Source: Bilabrum cf. latius
Taxonomy: Eukaryota
Direction: 5' to 3'
Length of the DNA stretch: 64,000 nucleotides
Assembly: GCA_965178125.1 (NCBI GenBank)
Contig: OZ237740.1
Coordinates: 620,001-684,000, forward strand
In this document: positions 52,844-64,000 of the stretch, piece after piece
Layout of the letters: each line of letters opens with the position of its first letter
Numbering within the stretch: position 1 is the stretch's first letter
The notes under the pieces: generated by a model
The model's database searches: none
Seen by the model: only the letters and a program-made list of their open reading frames with translations
Told to the model about the DNA's origin: nothing
Made by a program: the position numbers and the translations under genes

Positions 52844-55119
52844 GAAGAAGGATGCCCTTCAATGCAACCCCCTTCAGCTGCGGCCGAGCTTGCTTTGGAG
52901 CTAGATCGCTCCCCCCTCTCCTGCTGTGTCTCTTGCGGAGCCTCCTCAAAGGAGTGAGGCAGCGTATGGTGGCCCAGGATGGACCGCAGCACCGGGGAGT
53001 CGTGAGGGATGTGCTTGCTGTGCAGCACGGCATGGACCCAGCCAGCTAGACCCCTGCAGGCCACCCGCTCGTCCCAAAGCACGAATTCTGGCGAAGCGAG
53101 CACCGTCCCCTCTCGCAGCCCAGAGGTCCCACACAGCTTCTCTCGAGGCTTGGGGCGACCGGTCTCATCCAGCTCGACTGGCTCATCCACTGGCTTCTGC
53201 CCGGCCGAAGGCACGACCACGTGAGGCTTAGACTAGGCTGCAGCACTACCGCTAGAGCTGAAAGAGGAAGAAGACGCGATAGGGTGCTGCCCTGACATGC
53301 TTCGCACCACGCCCGGGCCCGTTGGGTCCTCCTTCATGTGCGGTCGCAGGTACGAAGGCGGGTGGGCAACTTCGCCCCCAAATAGAAGCAATCCGGCACA
53401 CGCGTGATCGCTGGAATCGGCCGATCCAGGAGTGGCCGAGGACGCGGCAGATGCGTCGTGAGATAGCGCCGGCCCTGCGGCCGAGGACCGTGGACCAGCT
53501 GAGCCCTTGTTTGGCTGGGTCCAAGGATCCGCCCCAACGGGGGCACCGTGTGCGTCCAGAGCGCCGCGCACCCACATACCGCTGGACATGGTACGTATCA
53601 GCTCCGATCTACGAGCAAGATCCACGCTGGGTGACGGAGCCGAAGCAAGAGCCAGGTCGGCGGACCCCCCTCTCGGCAGCAGCGATACCTTGGTCCAATG
53701 CGCCCTGAGCACGTGCACCTCCTCTGGCGCATCAATCTCGCTCCCCTCACTCGATGGGCCTGCCGAGCTCAAACCGGCACCACCAGATGCCACCGTGGAC
53801 ACCTGCTTGGTGCCTGCCTCAGCAGCTGAGCTGACCTCATGCTCGCTGAGCTGCTCTCCCGTGTCAAGCAGGTGCAAGACGAACGCGTCTGTCATTGCCC
53901 CGTCCTCCATCTCGCCACATAGCACCACACTCCTCATCACATTGATGCCAGGAGCAGGTGCAGCTGAGTTTGTTTCAGCGTCGGGGCTCTGGTCCGGCCA
54001 CACCTCCACGTCGGGTAGCGACATACACACTGCGCCGCTGAAGGGTGGCGGGGACTCCCCGGTTGCAACCAGCCGGTACCACTCCCTGCCCTCCAGGTCA
54101 AACAGTCGCAGTTCCCTCGCCCCCAGCCTTGTTCCCTCGGTGTCCTTGCCCCCGAGCACAGCCATGTACCTGTCTCCCAGCAGGCAGCTGCAAGCCTGCC
54201 GCCGAGGGTGCGGGGGCGGGCAGCTCCCGAACTGCTGGATGCTGGTAGATTTCGAGCGGGAAATAGGGGGTGTTGGGGGCCCGCTTGTACACTGTGAATG
54301 TTCGGAAGAGGGCTTGACCCCGCTACCACTGGATGCCCCGACCGCTGGGGTACTTGGGGCGGCAGTAGCTGACTTGGTAGATCCAGGCTCGGGTGCAGTG
54401 CCGGATGCACTACTTTTCTTCTCATCTGGTGCTATTCCTCCCGAATGCAGGCATTCCCAGTCCAGCGTGTCTGCATCCAGCATCCACACGTCATTGTAGT
54501 GGGCCCACTTTGGCCCCAAGCCTCCGAACAGCAGCAGAGCACCCTCGGTCGCCCATTGCGTGCAGGCCGCAGAGCATCTCCCGGAGGGACCGGTCGCAAA
54601 GCCGGATTCCCCTCCGCTCCGCAGCTACCTCCATTCACTAGGCGACAGTCCCGCGCAAAGCTCACTTTTGCTGTCAAGGGTTCCCGAGCTGAACTCGTCT
54701 GAAAACACGAACCCGTCTTGCGCGCCACCAAACACGAGGACAGTATCGTCTGCGACAGCTAAGGCAGCGCTATATGCGGTTGCTTTGGGTCTACTGGTTC
54801 GCCTGAAGGTTTGAGCTTCGATTATTGGAAGCAGAGACACTTGGTCGAATCGAATGCTGATTTTCTGCGTTCTTGGCGTATAGTACAGGTCCTTGCTGAT
54901 TCCATCATGCAATAGAAGCGTGTTTCCACAAACTGCTGCACCAGCACCAGACGTTGGCTCCATGCCATCGCACCGGAGTGGAACACAGTGTAGACTATCC
55001 CTGCAAGAAGCTGCCCCTGCCATCGCCGCGATCGAGTCGGAATCGGCGCCGCATAGACTTTTTGATTCAACCCGTTCTTCGATCACGTGTGCTATAAATA
55101 GGGGCCTTTTCAATGGCAT
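52732..55119 (-). CDS. Kelch-repeat (beta-propeller) protein
   Basis: VLVFGG, LLLFGGLG..HYNDVWMLD…W, PPHPRRQACS..MAVLGG…FDLEGREW. One frame through TAG 54625 and 53233; TGA 52732. Start codon uncertain. Confidence 0.75.
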
Positions 55120-55266
55120 TGTGTCAATTAGATTGTGTGCTCTACATCGTTCGAGAAGGTCAGTGAAAAACCCGATGAAGGTCTTCGCAATGGTACAGTG
55201 CAATGCACCAGTCTTGGATGCACTGCACTGTAGCAAGCCGCAAGGCACCCACTTTTTGTTCGCCCT

Positions 55267-58200
55267 ATGGAAGGCAGCAGCGATACACCAGCGCAGGTTA
55301 CTGCACCCACTGCAACTGTGGTTGAAACTGTAACCGATACCAAGGCTGAGGTGGCGGCATCAGGGACCACAGATGGCAGTGGAGCCTCCAGACCCCAGGA
55401 GGGCACGCCCAAGCCGGACACAACGGAGCCAAAAGCCGGCAAAAAGAGGAAGCGGAAGCCTAAGAACAAATGGGCGATCCTGCTTGGATACTGCGGAACG
55501 GGTTACTGCGGGCTACAGATCAATAACAACGTGCCTACCATCGAGAAGGAGTTGTTGTAGGCTCTGGGAAAGACTGGATTGGTGCCACCGCACAACATGG
55601 ACTTCAACAAGGTGAGAGTACGTTCGTGTCTTCTATCATATCATGACGGACATAAATTTGTCGGCTAGTCTGATCTGATTGGGAGCGAACTGCGCGGAGA
55701 ACACCATGGCAGCGATCTTCGCTCTCAACCGCTCTCTGCGCACACAGGTCGGATACAGTCGTGCCGCACGCACTGACAAGGGAGTTCATGCATGTGGAAA
55801 CGTTCTTGGAATCAAGCTGGAGATGCACGATCACGAGAAGGAGGACGCCATTCGAGGACTGAACGCCGAGCTGCCGCCGACCATCCGTGTGTTTGACATG
55901 CAGAGGGTCACCTTCGGCTTCAGTGCCCGAACGTATTGCAGCTCCAGGCACTACGAATACCTCCTGCCCACAACTGCCCTACGTGATGTCTCAGACCAGG
56001 ACTTGCCCCTTGCCCGCGAGCCTCGGAGGGCACTCACCCAGGCGCAGAAGCTGGCACTCCTGCAGGAGGCATAGGCCAAGGAGGAGCAAAAGAAGGCTTC
56101 CGCTTCCGGCGCGAGCGATGGGGCAGCTGGCGGCCAAGTTGCCATGCAGGATGGAGAGAATAGGAGCGAGGCAGGGGGTGCTGCCGCATCCTCGTCGTCC
56201 TCGTCCTCGTCCTCGTCCTCTGCAGCACTTGCGGCTGCGGCGGGCACTACTCCAGAATCAGGCCCAGACAAGGAGCATGAATCGACCGAGAATGCAGAGA
56301 AGCGAGCAAGAATCATTAAGGCCCTTCAGCAGGACCCGCTCGTCACACGATCTGCCTATGAGGGCAGCGGTGTTGGCCTCGGCATAGTGGGCGGGGATCC
56401 ATTTTCCTGGGTCGAGGCAGCTGACCTCGCCGGGCCATGGTTGGCGCCAGCAGCACCTGTGGGAGCAGCAGCACCTGCTGCCTCTTCTTCGGGTGCAGCT
56501 CCTATGGAGGACGACAGCGCGGGTCAGCCTTCTTCGGGTGCTGGTAGCAACGAAGGGAAGCCGGCACCGCCCTCGTCTGCATCGTCTTCTTCCTCCTCCT
56601 CCTCCTCGGCATCAACCACTGCCGCAGGCTCGGCCGCCCCTGCGCCGGCCCCGGCCTCCCGAGGCAACTCTTCAAGCAAGCTGCCGTGGAGCTGGAGCCT
56701 GCTGCTGACGATGCCATTCAGCAAGCCTGCCCCCGGATAGTCACCAGCGGGCGGTGCCACAAGCCAGTAGGACCGCGTGGCAGCCATCCAGTCCGATTCG
56801 TTTGCAAATGGTAGCGCTTTTGCAGCTGGGCGCATCGAGGAACTTTGCGTGTTGGCTGCCGACTGCAAGAAACAGAGGGATTGGGGGTATCGCGTCAGGC
56901 CCGCGCGGCTGCAGCTGCTGCGCGATGCCTTCAAGTGCTTTGTGGGCACGTACAGCTTCCACAACTATACGCCCAGGCTGAGCGCCGGCGATGCTCAGGC
57001 CAAGCGAACTATCCTTGACATCACAGTATCAGAGCCATTCCTGGTGGCCAAGTCGGGCCGCATGCCGGGCGTGAAGGCAGTTGACCGTGCGGCTGCCAAA
57101 GCCACCCACGCCATGTCGGTGCGCGCCAGGACGCTGGGCAAGGGTAACCCAGCCCGTTTCAGAAAGAGGCAGGCTGCAACGGCGGCTGGAGGGGCCAAGG
57201 CAGCGGCTGCTGCCGGCTAGGCTGCGATGGAGTCCGAGTCCCGGCCCACTCAGGCATCCTCCTCCTCCTCCTCCTCCTCCTCGTCCTCCTCGTCTCCGGC
57301 AGCTGCAGCGGAATCAACGCCCACGGCAGTGGATACGTCGCCTTCGGCTGGCATGCCGGACGCTGCCGGTCCTAGCAGTGGAGCTGGCGCTGATGAAGCA
57401 GCTCCCATGCGGTCGAATAGGGCGGCCGGGCAGACTGGCAGCTAGGCATAGGCTGCCATGGATGACGACGAGGAAGGCGATTCTGCTGCTGCAGCTGGCA
57501 AAGAGGAAGAGGAAGAGCATGATGAGGGGGAAGAGGAAGAAGAAGAAGCTGTGCCTGCCCTGACTCAGGCGGATCTTGAGAAGGCAGGGCCGGATGGCGC
57601 TCTAGAGTTCGTGCGCATTTCGCTGCATGGTGCCTCTTTTGTGCTGAACCACATCAGACACATGGTGGGCATGGCTGTCGACGTAGCACGCGACTGGGCC
57701 CCTCTTTGGATCGTGCCCATGTCGCTCGACGAGGTGAATCTGTATGCCCCGCTGGCACCGCCGGACGGCCTATTCCTACACTCTGCCGAGTTTGATCGGT
57801 ACAACGAGCGCTACAAGGAGACGCATGCGCTTCTGTGCCTGCATGAAGGCCCCGCGAAAGAGACGATGACAAGGTTCAAGGAGCAGTTCATATGGGGACA
57901 TATCGCGAGGTAGTGCGCCTGGCAGCGGCCGTACGAGCAGTGGGTTGAGAACGAGCTGGATCGACGCAAGCACGGCATCTTCTGGTACAGGATGCGCAAG
58001 CACGGCCTAGACCTGCGCAGGCAGCTGGGGCACACAAGCAAGGAGTCCATTGAGGTCGCCATCTTCCGAAATTTCGCGAGGATGCAGCGGGAGATAAACC
58101 CCGGGCTCAAGCACCACGAGGTGAAGGATGAGTTCAAGCGGAGGAAGCGGGCGGGGGAGTTCCGTGACGCCATGCAGCAGCAGCTCATGAATGCCCGTGA

Positions 58201-58513
58201 CGGGAGGGTGACATCAGTGGGCCAGGGCTAGGGCTAGGGAGGAGGAGAAGGAGAGGGCGCCGATGGGGAGAGGCCTCTAAAGATGGCCCGCGTGTTCACT
58301 GGTAAGGACATGGGCCTGTCTTTCTCCAGGGGAAAGAAGGGCGGCAGGCTAGGACGTGGGCGGGGTGGGGGCCGCGGGGGCGGTAGGGGTAGGGGTGGCG
58401 GACGAGGGCGAGGTGGGGGCCGCGGGGGAGGCGGGGGGGGTCGTGGTGGTGGGGGTCGTGGTGGTGGGGGCCGCGGTCGAGGCGGGGGGCGTGGAGGGGG
58501 GCGAGGGCGGTGA
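55267..58513 (+). CDS. PUS1: tRNA pseudouridine synthase, TruA/PUS1 family, with low-complexity inserts and RGG tail
   Basis: LLGYCGTGYCGLQ, catalytic ARTDKGVHA, RHYEYLLP, FVGTYSFHNYT, GASFVLNHIRHMVG, APPDGLFL. Intron 55612..55747. In-frame TAGs (55558, 56072, 56738, 57218, 57911, 58229, 58235 and others). TGA 58511. Confidence 0.9.
58350..58510 (+). repeat. G-rich low-complexity segment encoding an RGG/GAR domain
   Basis: Translates as GRGRGGGRGGGRGRGGGRGRGGG…. Confidence 0.9.
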
Positions 58514-58562
58514 AAAGGTGCTTTATAACATGTATCTTGAGACAACATTCATCATGCGCGGG

Positions 58563-59216
58563 TCAAGGGCACTGGCTAGCTGCACCCTGCGGGGATGGGC
58601 TGGCAGCCGGTGTCGAGTCGTTGCCGGTCAACAAGTACGAAGCCGTGTCTGTTGGAATCCCCATAAAGTGGCACGACCTCTTGAGACTGGTTGATCGGAG
58701 GAGAGCTGCCCTGCCTTCCGCCAACGCACTGGCTCTTTCATTGAATGCTCGCCTCGAATGGGCTTCCTCCAAGTCGTCACGCACGTGTAGCGTACATTCA
58801 GCTGCGTCTCTGGCGAGAATGCTACTCCATGTGCGACCACCACACATGTCTTCTCCACCTCTCGACTGGTACATTGCCAGCAGTCGCCCCTCTTCCACAC
58901 GTCGCCTCGCAGTCGCAGTCCAGGAGGATTGGCCAGACCGGGTTCGGTGATCCACCGTAAGAAGCGCTTCCCTGGAATCCAAATCGCAGGAGGTTGCTGG
59001 TGTATTCAATACTAGCCTAGTCTTGTATGCCTCACTCCACCCTGAAGAAACGGGTCTTCTCTCTTGCGGACTTGTTGCTTCTCCTTCAGCTACGCGATGC
59101 AGATTGCCCTACAATCGACCTCGGAGGCCCGCGATAGCGTTCGCACCCAACCTATTGCGTTCGACACATGAGTCCACGTTGGTTATCAGCCGCGCTCGGA
59201 GCCTTTCCGTCTCCAT
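58563..59216 (-). CDS. Hypothetical protein (~217 aa)
   Basis: ORF 58563..59009 extends through one TAG (59109) to ATG 59216. Fills the gap between neighbouring genes; no recognisable motif. Confidence 0.35.
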
Positions 59217-59453
59217 GTTTGCATAACTTGGAGTGACCTTGCAGTGCGACCAACGGATGCGATCCGAGGTTGCAACCACTCGCTGCAAAACGCATACTTG
59301 CGCATCATTCTGCGAATTATTGAGATTATTGGCATCAAATTAACACGCGCGCACCCTAAAATATATCATATCAGGCTCTGGCTCAGCGTAGCTTGCTCTG
59401 CTGTCTGATAAGGGGAGTCTGGGGGACCTGGTTCCATCAAGCGTTGGATTGCC

Positions 59454-62400
59454 ATGGCTCCGACTACGGGATCCCGAAATATATAGTTGGCCGTTCTCAC
59501 CATGGGTTTTATTGGAAGTACATGGGCATAGAACACAGCCTGTAAGAGAGCTGAGATTCGAGAGAATCAGAGTACAACATGTAGACCGTTTGTAGCACTT
59601 CCAGCCGATATCTTCTGGCATTCTATGTCACTTCTTCACAGTGTGGGTGCCCGGCGAATGGTCCGAATGTACCTAGCCATGTGGTGGAGGGGTCTAGATC
59701 CGAGATATATTTTGTATCGGACCAGATGGTAACGAGGCCGCTGTGACACGCTGCTCGGGCGACAGACCAGACCCTGTTCAGGATTGCAACGTTGGTCCTT
59801 GCGGTGAGACAGCATAAAGCTATGCAAATGCACATCCGATAGTTGAGCTCATGTTAATAAGGCTTGCGTCTCCTGCCCTTCAAGCCGCAGAAGCTCTTGA
59901 AGTTGGGCAATTTTCTTGCCTGGCGCCGAACAATCCTTTATCCTGTCCTGCCGCGTGTAAGTAGACTCGAATGGCAGTTGTGCTGACTATCATCTAGTGA
60001 CGTTTCCACTATGTACCGGCACCCCCCTCGCATCGGTTTTGCTCCAAACCCCGCAGTCAGGGCAGGTGGTGACGTCAAGGTGATCGTGAGGTAGGCGCGG
60101 CTGCTCCCAGACCTCGATGGGTTCGGAGTAGCGGGTGGCGACACGGATGCGTACGTGCGCGCCACCATCGGGTTCATGTCCAGAGAAAGCAGCGTAGTCC
60201 AGGACTCGAACAATCCTCGCTGGCCCGCGAACCGGGAGGGGGTGCCAGAGGGGTACGGACACGAGATGAGCTTCGGGGTGAGGGACAGCGGGGAGACGAT
60301 CGAGATCCAGCTGCTGGACCGAGACGGCGGATTCGAATTCGGAGACGACCTCATCGCATCCTTCCAGGCGGTGGTTCCCGGTTGTTCCCCATTCCGAGGC
60401 TCCGAATGCGCGGAGAAGAGCTTCCTGCCCGTCGATCCCCAGGTGCCCTGCTACAGGGAGCGGAACGCGTCCCTGCCGGTTCTAACCTCCAGCTGCCTGC
60501 TGATCGAGGTGCGGGTGACGCCCATCCAGATCCAGCCCATGCGCACGTTCGATGACGATCTATACAGGCCCACTCTCGACATCGCCACGACGTTCCCGGC
60601 CTCGACAGGCAGCGGAGGGGTTGAGTTCGGTGCCGTTCCATACCAGACCGCGCTGGGCACGCCGGGATCCGAGGCGCTCGTGGCTGCCGCGGAGCGCTTC
60701 GTCGACGCTCGGCGCTCCATCCTAGTGCGAACTCGCCGCGGAGATCAAGGACTGGTATCGGATGAGTACGTGCGGTTCACCGTGTCGCTAGCCAGCGACG
60801 TGTACATCTTCGTGCCTGCCCAAGACCTGCAGTCCAACGTGCAGCCGCCATGGCTCGTAGAACGAGGCTTTGAAGAGACCGACACGTTCGCGAGGTTTGA
60901 GGGCAGGGTGGGGTCTGACCTGGACGTGGGATCGAGAGGGTTCAAGAAGAGGTACAGAGAGGGCGCTACGGTGTCTCTGCCATCATACTACAGGCCGAGG
61001 GATGCAGAGCTCGTCAACGGCACGCTGGAGGTGCCGAGGCAACTCACCGCGAGTGACATGTACTTTGTGGCGGTGCGTCACGCGGTGATCGACGACTCGC
61101 CGCCACCGCCCTCCGGCAAGGAGTTCGAGAGGGACAGGTTCCTTGAGCTGCTGCCCGAGTTCTTCATCCCCGCTGCATTCCTCACCATCCTCTCGGCAAC
61201 GTTCTTGCACCGCGTGAGGTACCGCCTTGACGAGATCGAGCCATATCTGACGACCCGTGTGCTTCCAGAGACTCCGAATGAGGAGAGTCGCAGGGCCAAC
61301 GCGTAGGTGGGCGTGTACAGCTCCAAGCAGAGAGCCCAGATGGATCTTCTGGCTGGTCTTTTCCTCTCGCACGGCAGGACAGCCGCCAACCTGAGGTATC
61401 GTAGGCACCTGTTCTGGATGGGCCTTGCCATGCGAGTGCTGGTGTGCCTGCCCATGCCCATCGTGATCATGTGGGGAGCTGTGTGCGTGCAGCAAGTGTC
61501 CCCTGCTCAAGTTGGCTGGGGCATCCTGCTGGTTGGGCCTGCTTTGCTCATAGGTGGCTTGGCCATGGGGCAGTGGTATCACGCCAACTGGCGGGCGACT
61601 CAGTTCGTGGTGCAGTGCTTCGCGGCCTCTGGTGTTTTGATTCTCGTGTACCTCGTCGTGGTTGTCTTCGTGGACCCTCTGCCTGTGTCCGCACCTGCTG
61701 TTGCCTCCGTGTTCCTGACACTGGGCTTCCTGCCTCTCGTTTGGATTGCGTTCAACGCCAACCCTCACGGTCGCACGAACATATCTCGCCTGGCCGCCAA
61801 GGCACGTACCCACGCAAAACTGGGGCAGGCAAAGAAGCGGCTGAGGCAGCTCGGTGCCATGGGGGCCCTGGGCCGGGCTGCTCTATCGGTCGCTGCCGCC
61901 GGGGAAGGCGATGGAGACGGCAGTGCGGACGAAGGCAAGGGGCGGGGAGGGGCCACAACACAGCTGCTGGCTCAACTGGGCCACGCCACGGGTGGCTAGA
62001 CCGAGGACGCAGAGGCTGAAGCCGCGGCTATCGCTGCTGCGGGTGGTGCAGCGGCCGTGTCTGGGGCCCGTGGTGCCGATGCTCTCGAAGGGGTCAGCAC
62101 GACCGCCCTGCAGGCGGCTGCGTACGAGATGGACCGGCGACTGAGCGCGCCGTATTGGCTCGAGGGCGGTGCCAGGGATGCTGAAACCGTGGACGATGGG
62201 GGCGGGGGGAGCCGCAGCGCCGCTGCGCAGTCGGCTGCCAAGGGCCAGGAGCAGCCGATCGCTCAGCTGCTGGGCGAGGAGCTCTACTCGATCCACGCCG
62301 CACACCCCTCGGGTGCGTTCCGGGCCGCTGATCCGATCCACATGTGGAGCCAGGTGGGCAGCAACGAAGGCGTAGACGAGGACTCTGCCAGGCTGGCAGC

Positions 62401-64000
62401 ACAGGCGGCCAGGGACAGAGGAGATATGGACGCGGCTTCCAAGGCAGCGGCTATCGTGGCCCGGGCGGCGGATTCGCGGGCTCGGCAGCTGCGGTGGGCC
62501 TACGCCATGTCTGCTAGCTGCCTGCTGGCCATGGCGGTGATCACGTGGGGTGTCGTCCCGGACTACCCGCACCTCGGCGCTGCTGCAGGCGCGTTTACTC
62601 TCGTGATCGACCTAGTGATGCTCACCAGCCTGCGTTCAGGGCTGTTGCTGTGGAGCCCCGGGTACATGTGCACAATGATGGCTCTGCAGCGTGTGTTCAC
62701 CGCGGCGTTCCTCGGGAGGTACTGGCTGGTTGGCTTCACCCTGGCTTTCCTTGTCATGTGCACCGCCCTGGCCGTGGAGGCGGTCTCGCAGTACCTGCCG
62801 CTGACCGACCCGTTGGATGCCGGTGCTGTGGCATACCTGGACGCCGATCTGAAGGCTTCCGAACGCGCTGGATTCGGTGGTGCCACTGCGTCTTCCCGAG
62901 GACAGAAGACCCCAAAGAAGAGAAAGGCTGTCGCCGGCTTGCCTGAGCCCATTCCTGCCGATGCGTCAGGGTCACCGGCGTTCGGTAGCACTATTTTGTG
63001 GGTGGCATTCCTGCTTCTATTGTCGGCCGTCGTATTGTTTGCATCGGGAGACGGGTCCGAGGCAGAGATATCATTCATTGCAGCTGATATTCCGGTGTGG
63101 ATCTTGGGCGTGGCCGGTCTCGTGCTGGTTCTGCTGGTAACCCTTGCATTTGCAGCATGGCGTGCCGCGCATCTGAGCTCCATGGGGCTGCTGCCTCGAT
63201 CCCTGAGGGGGGTATATCTGTGCCGCCCTGCTTGCGGAGTTGCCTTCCTGCTGGGCGCTGCTGCAGAGGCACTGCTGGTCCTTTCGGGCCTGCTGTTCTT
63301 TTCACTGTTGGACTCGCCGTCCGTGCTAATCGCATGCGTTCTGCTGCCCCTGCTGATTGCGATCGTTGGTCGAGTGGTGGGCCAGTGGATTGCGAACGAC
63401 TACAGGTTCCTGCAGCCGCCCGACCGCAGGCCCGTGGTCAGCGATGCTTACGCCAGAGCCATCGAGGCTCGGAGCGTCGAGGCAGAGGCGCGAGAGCGGG
63501 GTGTGACCTCTGGGCAGGTGTGGAAGGAGCGGCGCAGCGAAGAGCGAGGAAGGAGACTGCTGGAACAGGTATCCAGCGAAAGCGCCGACGTGCTTGGTCT
63601 TGCACAGCAGGGAATCGACACAAAGGACCCGCAGGGCGGGAAAGATGCCGTGCAAGGCGACCCCAAGGGCAAGGATGGGGGCAAGGACGAGGCCAAGCGT
63701 CCATCTGACGCGTCCCTTGCTTCTCTCTCAGAGCTCCCGGACCCTGACGAACCTGACGATGAATCCAAGGAGGCAGAGGACGACGCAGGCGCTGAATCTA
63801 GAGGAAAGGCTGCCGGTAGAGCTCCGCCTACGGCCGCAGAAATAGCTCAGATTCGGGCCAAGTACAAGGACTGGGCGGCCAGGATGGGCGACCCGAAGGC
63901 CATGAGTGATTGGCAAGCATTCTGGGGCGGCTTCTGCGGCATCACGGACTACGTCTCCGTCGCAGCGGTGATTGCCCTCGTGGTCGTTCTCGTTGTGGGG
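59454..64000 (+). CDS. Polytopic membrane protein with signal peptide, thrombospondin type-1 repeat and C2 domain; 3'-truncated by the window
   Basis: Exon 59454..59541 is signal-peptide-like (…LAVLTMGFIGSTWA*). Exon 59642..59803 is TSP1 (WVPGEWSECT*PCGGGV*IRDIFC…CNVGPC). Exon 59891..59956 follows, then 60057..>64000 with C2 (VIVR*ARLLPDLD…DAYVR…NNPRW…LLDRD…DDLI) and more than 10 hydrophobic segments. Intron phases are consistent. Confidence 0.8.

Overview
Gene-dense, GC-rich eukaryotic nuclear DNA with short canonical GT-AG introns, most likely from a flagellated protist (centrin is present; a stramenopile affinity is a low-confidence guess). The main result is a non-standard nuclear genetic code. 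TAG occurs in frame more than 60 times inside otherwise intact genes, sits at conserved Gln positions (PP2A-B55 FQSHE, TSP1 GGGxQxR, TmcB-like DFxQ) and alternates with CAG in repeats. True gene ends use TGA or, in two cases, TAA, so UAG=Gln while UAA remains a stop. The supplied standard-code ORF track therefore fragments nearly every gene. Re-translated, the window holds about 19 genes: a multi-TM protein, three near-identical type-I membrane paralogs next to an ER-targeted torsin/ClpB-D2-like AAA+ ATPase, a very large chitin synthase, a secreted glycoside-hydrolase-like protein, PP2A-B55, centrin, a PX-AGC kinase, a TmcB-like PAS membrane protein, a cis-prenyltransferase, a UBE3B/C-like HECT ligase, an RRP6L3/EXD2-like exonuclease, Sec23, a Cys-rich membrane protein bracketed by a ~410-bp direct duplication, a kelch protein, a PUS1-like synthase, a hypothetical protein and a TSP1-C2-polytopic membrane protein. 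No RNA genes, CRISPR arrays or recognisable transposase/RT genes were seen. All family calls come from motif recognition by eye, not from database searches.
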